This document shows, piece after piece, positions 54,767 to 60,599 of a DNA stretch of 60,599 nucleotides. Source of the stretch: Hyphochytrium catenoides (lineage: Eukaryota > Protista > Hyphochytriomycota). Position numbers and translations under genes: made by a program. The notes under the pieces are model-generated. The model was not told the origin of the DNA, made no database searches, and worked only from the letters and a program-made list of their open reading frames with translations. The stretch lies in assembly GCA_900088475.1 (NCBI GenBank), contig FLMG01002427.1:1-60599 (forward strand). The letters run 5' to 3'. The first letter of the stretch is position 1. Each line of letters starts with the position of its first letter.

Positions 54767-55196
54767 TTATTGTTTGTTCAGTGCCCGGCTGTAAGTCTGA
54801 TGATGTGGATACAAAGGGCGAGAGAAGACGGCCGCGCTGTCTTTCTCTCCCCTCATTTTGCTACCTCTTTGCTTGCCTGCCACCTTTACCCCGTAAGCCG
54901 CCGAGGACGAGGAGATGCCGTCCCCTTCTGCATACGGCGTCGGGTTCCGTCCTGCTCTTCCTTTCCTACCTTTCTTCTTCTTAGACGGCCCATGTGCTGA
55001 CTGTCCCTTGCCTGACAGTGATGAGACCAGAGCGAGAGGATGATTCTAAGTACAGTCTCTCCCCCTTGGAGACGTAAATCTCGCAGCCATCTTCGTTTTA
55101 GCACTGTCGCCTAGACTAGCGTACCTCACTTCAAAAACTGCCTCGTTGCCGATCCTCCCTTCTCTCTCTGGATTTCTCTTCGAAAGCCTCATTGGT

Positions 55197-55238
<42 letters not shown>

Positions 55239-58200
55239 CTTCTCTCTCCCTCTCCCCTCTTGTCTTTCTCGCTCCTCTCTCTTCTCCCTTTTGCTCTTTA
55301 TGCGTCACGCAACACTTATGCTTCAACCAGTCCCGCACTTCTCCACCTTAGTCCTCCTCCGTTCTGACACCTCTTTACCTGCAACAGAGAGATGCTCCAC
55401 ACTAGGGCTCGCTCTTTCGTCTTCGTCTTTCTTCCACCTTTCTCCGTACCAAGCAGAGGCTGTCAGAAGTGGATTAAACGCCTCTTCAAACTCCTCTTGA
55501 GAGAAAGGAGAGGGACAGGAGGAAGGAGGTTGAGCGTAGATAATCCTTCCATCCACAAAATCTTTAAGAATTATTCGAGCTGCGCGGCTTTCATCTGGAA
55601 GACCTGAACCTCCAGTCCAGAACCCACGAGCTCTAGAGTATGCCTACCGACCCGCCGGGAAAGAGTACGAAGAGACAGAGATTCATATGAGACACGAGTA
55701 AAAGGGATCTAGGACAGTCTATAATCCGACAGCAGAATAAAAGAGCGAGCAACTTGAGAACGCTCAGATAAGAAAGAGACGTCTGACCTGAAGGAGGGAC
55801 CGCGGGTTTACGGGCTTGTCTTCCGCATCCTCTCCCTCTTCAACAATTTTTATCCGATATACCGTCTCAAAGACATGCCGAGGAACACGACTGCACATAA
55901 CAGCGACAGGAGCTGCACAGGGCCATCAAGGAAGTCCACGGTCGAGATAACGGTTCAGCAAAGTGCCGTCGAAAGAGACACAGACAGAGAGACGGACAGA
56001 GTGAGAGACCGACAGATATAAAGGACAGGCAGAGAAGAGAGAGGGAGAGAAAGAGAGATTGATTGAGATCTTGTATGAAATGAACCAATGTTACGTTCGT
56101 CAAATGAGAGTGAGATACCTATGTGATCCCGGAGCTGGTTGATGGGCAGCACTCCAGAGCAAATCATCTCCGCTTTAGAGCTTACGAAGCTGGGAAAGAC
56201 CAGTCCTGGGCAGTCACATAGTAGCACTTCATCCGAGAGGATCAATGTCTGCGAAGGGCACGGGGACAGGTAAACACTCAACCCAAAATAGCCTTGAAGG
56301 AAAACGGCAAGGCTTGAGAGCGACTGCCATATAAGGATCGAAGAGCGGATGCCAGGAGACCAATCCTGGCATTGCAAGAGCCAGAGAAGAGAGGTAGAGA
56401 ACAAAGGTCTGGGAGATGCAGCTAGACAAGGTGGAGTGCGCTTCAATTAGCAGGCCCAGGCTGTAAACCCAGGGACAAGCCACAAAGCATGATACCGTGA
56501 AAGTGCAGACTAGCGACAGTACCGAAGCCAATGAAGCAAAGACGATAGAGTCATTGACAGCCAGAGAGCTGATCTAAACCTGAAAGTGCTTGGTTTTGCC
56601 TGGCGTAGAGGCGACTCCGACCCTGTGTCCGCCATGTGAGTGGGCACTAGCTCCCAGTAGGACGTTGATCAGACTACTCTTTCCCACGTTTGGAAAGCCA
56701 ACCATCCCCACATTTACTCTTGACTCTTCGTCATAGAAGTCTAGATCAGAAGTGCGCATCTCTTTGGCCATCTGGTTGAGCTGCTCAATGAGCTCATCTC
56801 GGTTCAAAATGCGTGACTGCGGGAAAAGAGAGAGCACGAGAAGGAAAGAGGAAGGGACAATGGAGAAGTCGAAGATTAGGACGGGACCAGCTTCCTCTGT
56901 CAACCGCTTACAGAGTCCAAGGTACAAAGGGATGAGCTAGAGGTCCAGCAACAGTTACAAGGCTGCGGAAGACTAACGCGTTGCACCGCCAGCACGGAAG
57001 TGCCATTCAGTTTACGAGTAAGACAGCTAGAACAAGGCAACTGCGAAGAGCATAAAGAGAAGAAGTCCAAGTCGCTAGGACGCGAAGACCGTCAAGAAGC
57101 AAGGAAATACTTGGAAGCAATATCAAAAGATTTCATCCAAAAGATTTCATCTGACAGTCACCTCGAAGTTTCCCGATGAGAGGATCTCTATATCATCTTC
57201 TGCTTCTTCTCCTTCAAGGTCCTCCTCTTCGCTTTCTTCTCCTTCTTCCCCGCTGTCATCAGCCTCTTCTAATCCTAAATCTCTCTCCCTTCTTCTCCTC
57301 TTTGCCTCTTCATCTAGCTTCTTCTGCGAGTTCTTGGCAGAGAAGAAGAAGTGCATAACTTCTCTCTCTTTAAAGTACTGGTGCCAGATCTCCCTGCGGA
57401 ACAAATGGAATTGAGTCACAGGTGGCTCTCCTCTTCTCAACCCTGCTGACGAGTATTCCCTTCTTTTGCTCTCTCTTCAGCTCCGTTCGCATATCTTTTC
57501 GCTAATCACGTTGCCTTCCCTTGCAAGTACAAAGCGCCAACATTGAGATCCCTCCACGTTCTTCAAGCCCTCTTCACAGAGCTTTCCCCTCCTATCGATG
57601 GCCATCTATTCTTCCTTTATTTCCCTCTCCCTCTCTCTCTCTCTCACTTTGCATCCCTCCATCTCTCTCTTTCAACCCTATCCCTTCTGCTTCTCGTTCT
57701 CGTTTCGTTTTCTCGTTGGTACATACCGCTGTTGCGGAGTCAAAAAATCCGCCTTGTTAACTAAGACAATCATCTGCTTCCGGCTGTCGATCTCTTTGGC
57801 GTATGCCTCCAGGTCCTCAGAACTGTCAGAAGAGGGAGAAAATGAGACGATGAGTTCGAAGAAGAAGCAAAGAATGAATGGAGAACAGCCATCGACAGCC
57901 ATATGACGGCTGTTTGCTCCTCTTTCAAGAGCCAGAAAGCAATGATAAAAGCAAAGCAGGCTACTGAGGAAGCTCTATAGATCAACTATCGTGCAACAGA
58001 GCCTTTCATCTGAGAGAACGAGCAATAACGAGGAGCACTGCGGCCACTGACCAAGGAAGATGCGAAAGAGAGAGAGTAGAAAGCAGAGCGGAGAAACGTA
58101 GAATGAGAGAGAGAGACTGAGAGAGACAGGAAGGATGGGTGTACACTGTGTTTAGTCACTTACCGGTAGAAGAGTGGGTTCCTTGCGTCTACAATCTGGA

Positions 58201-58869
58201 TGATGATGTGGCTCCGCTCCATCACGCGCCACAGCTGTCGCCACACCTCCAGATTCTTTTCAAATGGCGTCATAGAGCGAGACTCTGAGGCTTCCTCCAT
58301 CCTACACCGCGAGAAAGACAAGAAAGAGGAAAGCGGAGAGAGAGGGGAAAGAGAAGAAAGGACGAAGAGGAAGATAGAGCGTGATTGTTAGCGAACAAGA
58401 GAAAATGAGGAGAGGCTTAGTTAGCCTAACAACAAGGTATAAAGTATTGACATGAGGAAGATAGTATCGTAAGGAGCAGTAGAGGGAGAGTGACAAAGAG
58501 AAAGAGAAGAGAAGATACCTCTCGAGAAGATAGAACGAGGAAGATAAATCTTACATCGCCAACTGTCGTCTCCAATCCAGGAAAGACTCTTTCTCTCTTC
58601 TGTTCAGTTCCTCTGCGGTGGTCTGATCGTCCCAAGCAGGCCGACGAGGAACTGTAAGGTTTGAAAACGCCATGCCTTCCTCCTTTGCATTGCTTCCGAT
58701 ATGAGAGAGAGAATGCGCGAAGGAAGGTGGAAGATAGAGAGAGGCCAAGATAGAGAACAAGGGTCAGGCACTTTACAATATGGACGTTGTGCTTAAGACG
58801 TGGCCGATCACCAGTAAGAGAGCGAGAGAGAGCGAGAGAGAGTCGAGAGAGAGCGAGAGAGAAGGGAGT

Positions 58870-58914
<45 letters not shown>

Positions 58915-60249
58915 GAGAGAGAGACACCGGGTGCTTTTATGTCGTAGTGTCAGAAGAAGAAGAACAGAGAGTTGACGATTGAGAGAAAAGCGCAACACCA
59001 ACATTCTCTCTGGGATGAAGGGCAGTCCGAAGCCATCCAAGACCACCGCGTTCTGCTTCTCCGCTGTGAATTCACGCTCAGCCATGATGGCGTTCGCCAA
59101 GAACTCGTCCTACGAAGAGATACAAACATATATTTTCATAAAGAGGAGCGTTGGAAGAGAGAGAGGAGAAAGAGAGAGACAGAGAGGGAAAGAAAGAGAG
59201 AGAGGGAGAGGGAGAGAGAAGAAGAGGGAGAAAGAAAGGGAGAGAAGGAAAGAAAGAGAAAAGAAGTAGGATGAGTGATAGTTTGAGAAGAGAGTGCACT
59301 TGTAGGGTTGAAAGCAACCAGCAGAGAGACAGACAAGAGAGAGAGGAGACAGCGTGCTTATAAGTAATGAAAGACTCCAGTCTGGCTCTTACAAGTGAGT
59401 TCGCCTCCAAAACTGACTCCAACGGACCGAGAGCATCTCCTCCATCGCGAGCTGAGACTAAAGAGCCGGCGCTGCTTGGAAAAGTAGGTAACGAGAGAAA
59501 AAGGAGTGCACACAACGCCGAGAGAGTGCGGGAGAGACGTTGCGTGGGAACATGAGACAAATAAAAGAGAGAAAGAGAGCGAGAGGCAGGAGGGAAATGG
59601 GAGAAAAGAGAGAGAGAGAGAAAGCGAAAGAGGTTAGGAAGAGAGCAAGGAATTAGGAAGAGAGAAAGAGAAAGGGAGTACAAAGGGAAGACAGGCAGGG
59701 AGGGAGGGATCAGATGAGAAAGGCTGCCGGGGAGCTGTTCATGAAAAGAGCAGGACAGAAGGGCTCCGAAGAGAGAAGAAAGCACCAACGCCGCTCGAGA
59801 GTGACTTGCCCGGCAGAGGCAACAGAAGTGAGAAGAAGGAAAGGGTGGGCTAAGCTTTCCTCACTTTCTCTCCCCCTTCCCTATCTCTCTCCCTCTTACT
59901 CTCTGTCTCTCCTCTCTTTGCTTTCTTCCGTTTCATCCTCTTCTGGTTCTCACACTCTCAATCTCTCGTTTCACTCTCGAAGCTCTATGTCTCTATCCCT
60001 CTTTCTTCTCTCTCTCGCTCCTTCTCTCTCTTTCCCTCCTTAACCTCCTCCAGTCTCTCAATATCCAAGACCGCCATTCACTCAAAGCCGCGGCCTAGTG
60101 TCGTCTTCCGTCTCCTCTTCCTCTTCTCCACGCTCCCTCAACCCTCTCTGTGACACTCACGTGGATCGCACTTTCTTCCCTGCGTTCGGGTTGGCGCGGC
60201 GCTGCAGAGCGCGGCCTAGATCGCTTCCTTTGTTGGTCTTGCGGGGCAT
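54767..60249 (-). CDS. LSG1: Large-subunit GTPase 1 (circularly permuted GTPase, 60S maturation)
   Basis: MPRKTNKGSDLGRAL start (ATG 60249). Motifs: LESVLEANSL-DEFLANA, LTVPRRPAWD, FLDWRRQLA, TPFEKNLEVWRQLWRVMERS..IVDARNPLFY, VNKADFL, GMVGFPNVGKSSLIN, STPGKTKHFQT, LCDCPGLVFPSF, PDESRAARIILKDFVDG. The last exons and the stop at 54767 are tentative. Confidence 0.95.
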
Positions 60250-60567
60250 CCTCTTCCTCGGCGGCTGGGAGGCGCTCACCGTCCTCTTTCAAGCGCTTGT
60301 CTTCCTGTCTTTGTCTCCTGGGAGGCTCTCTTCTGCCTGGATTCTCAAGGTCTGTTCTCTTCAATTCTCTCGCCCCAGCAGGTGTGTCTCTCAAGAGATG
60401 CAGGCAGACAGGCAGACAGCGTTCACTGTCAATGGGAGAATGTCTCCGTTCGTCCCTCGCCCCGAATGGGCTTTTTTTTCCTCCTCTGTTGCTCTTGGGG
60501 CTGGCCCTTTGAGGACGTCTTCCTCTCTCTCCCTCCTGTGGCTGTCTCTCTCTCTTTTTCTCTCTCT

Positions 60568-60599
<32 letters not shown>

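Noticed and set aside
60095-60394. 99-aa ORF MRDTPAGARE...
   Set aside because: It is an alternative frame overlapping the true LSG1 first exon (ATG 60249).

Overview
Eukaryotic, intron-rich genomic window. It is probably a stramenopile/ochrophyte-type protist; this is inferred from the protein sequences and is not proven. Introns are almost all GT-AG, and both introns and spacers are loaded with (CT)n/(GA)n microsatellite, which produces most of the spurious ORFs in the track and sits next to several N gaps. By joining exons by eye I recover, in order: a CLC chloride channel/transporter (-), a very large transmembrane phospholipase D (-), MMS19 (+), ribosomal protein eS27/RPS27 (-), an intronless F-box protein (-), VPS4 (+), ARP2 (-), an RNF5/RMA1-type RING E3 (-), a degenerate ~3.0-3.4 kb tandem array, and LSG1 GTPase (-). 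The array carries one intact and one frameshifted gene for a secreted prepro-peptide with an 8-Cys C-terminal domain. The most interesting items are (1) the PLD architecture PX / TM-interrupted PH / TM-lumenal-TM / HKD1 / HKD2 with a DysF (Pex24p/dysferlin) domain inserted in the C-terminal tail, and (2) the duplicated, diversifying Cys-rich secreted peptide locus. There are also candidate structured RNAs around RPS27. Outer gene coordinates are hand-derived and internal exon boundaries are approximate.
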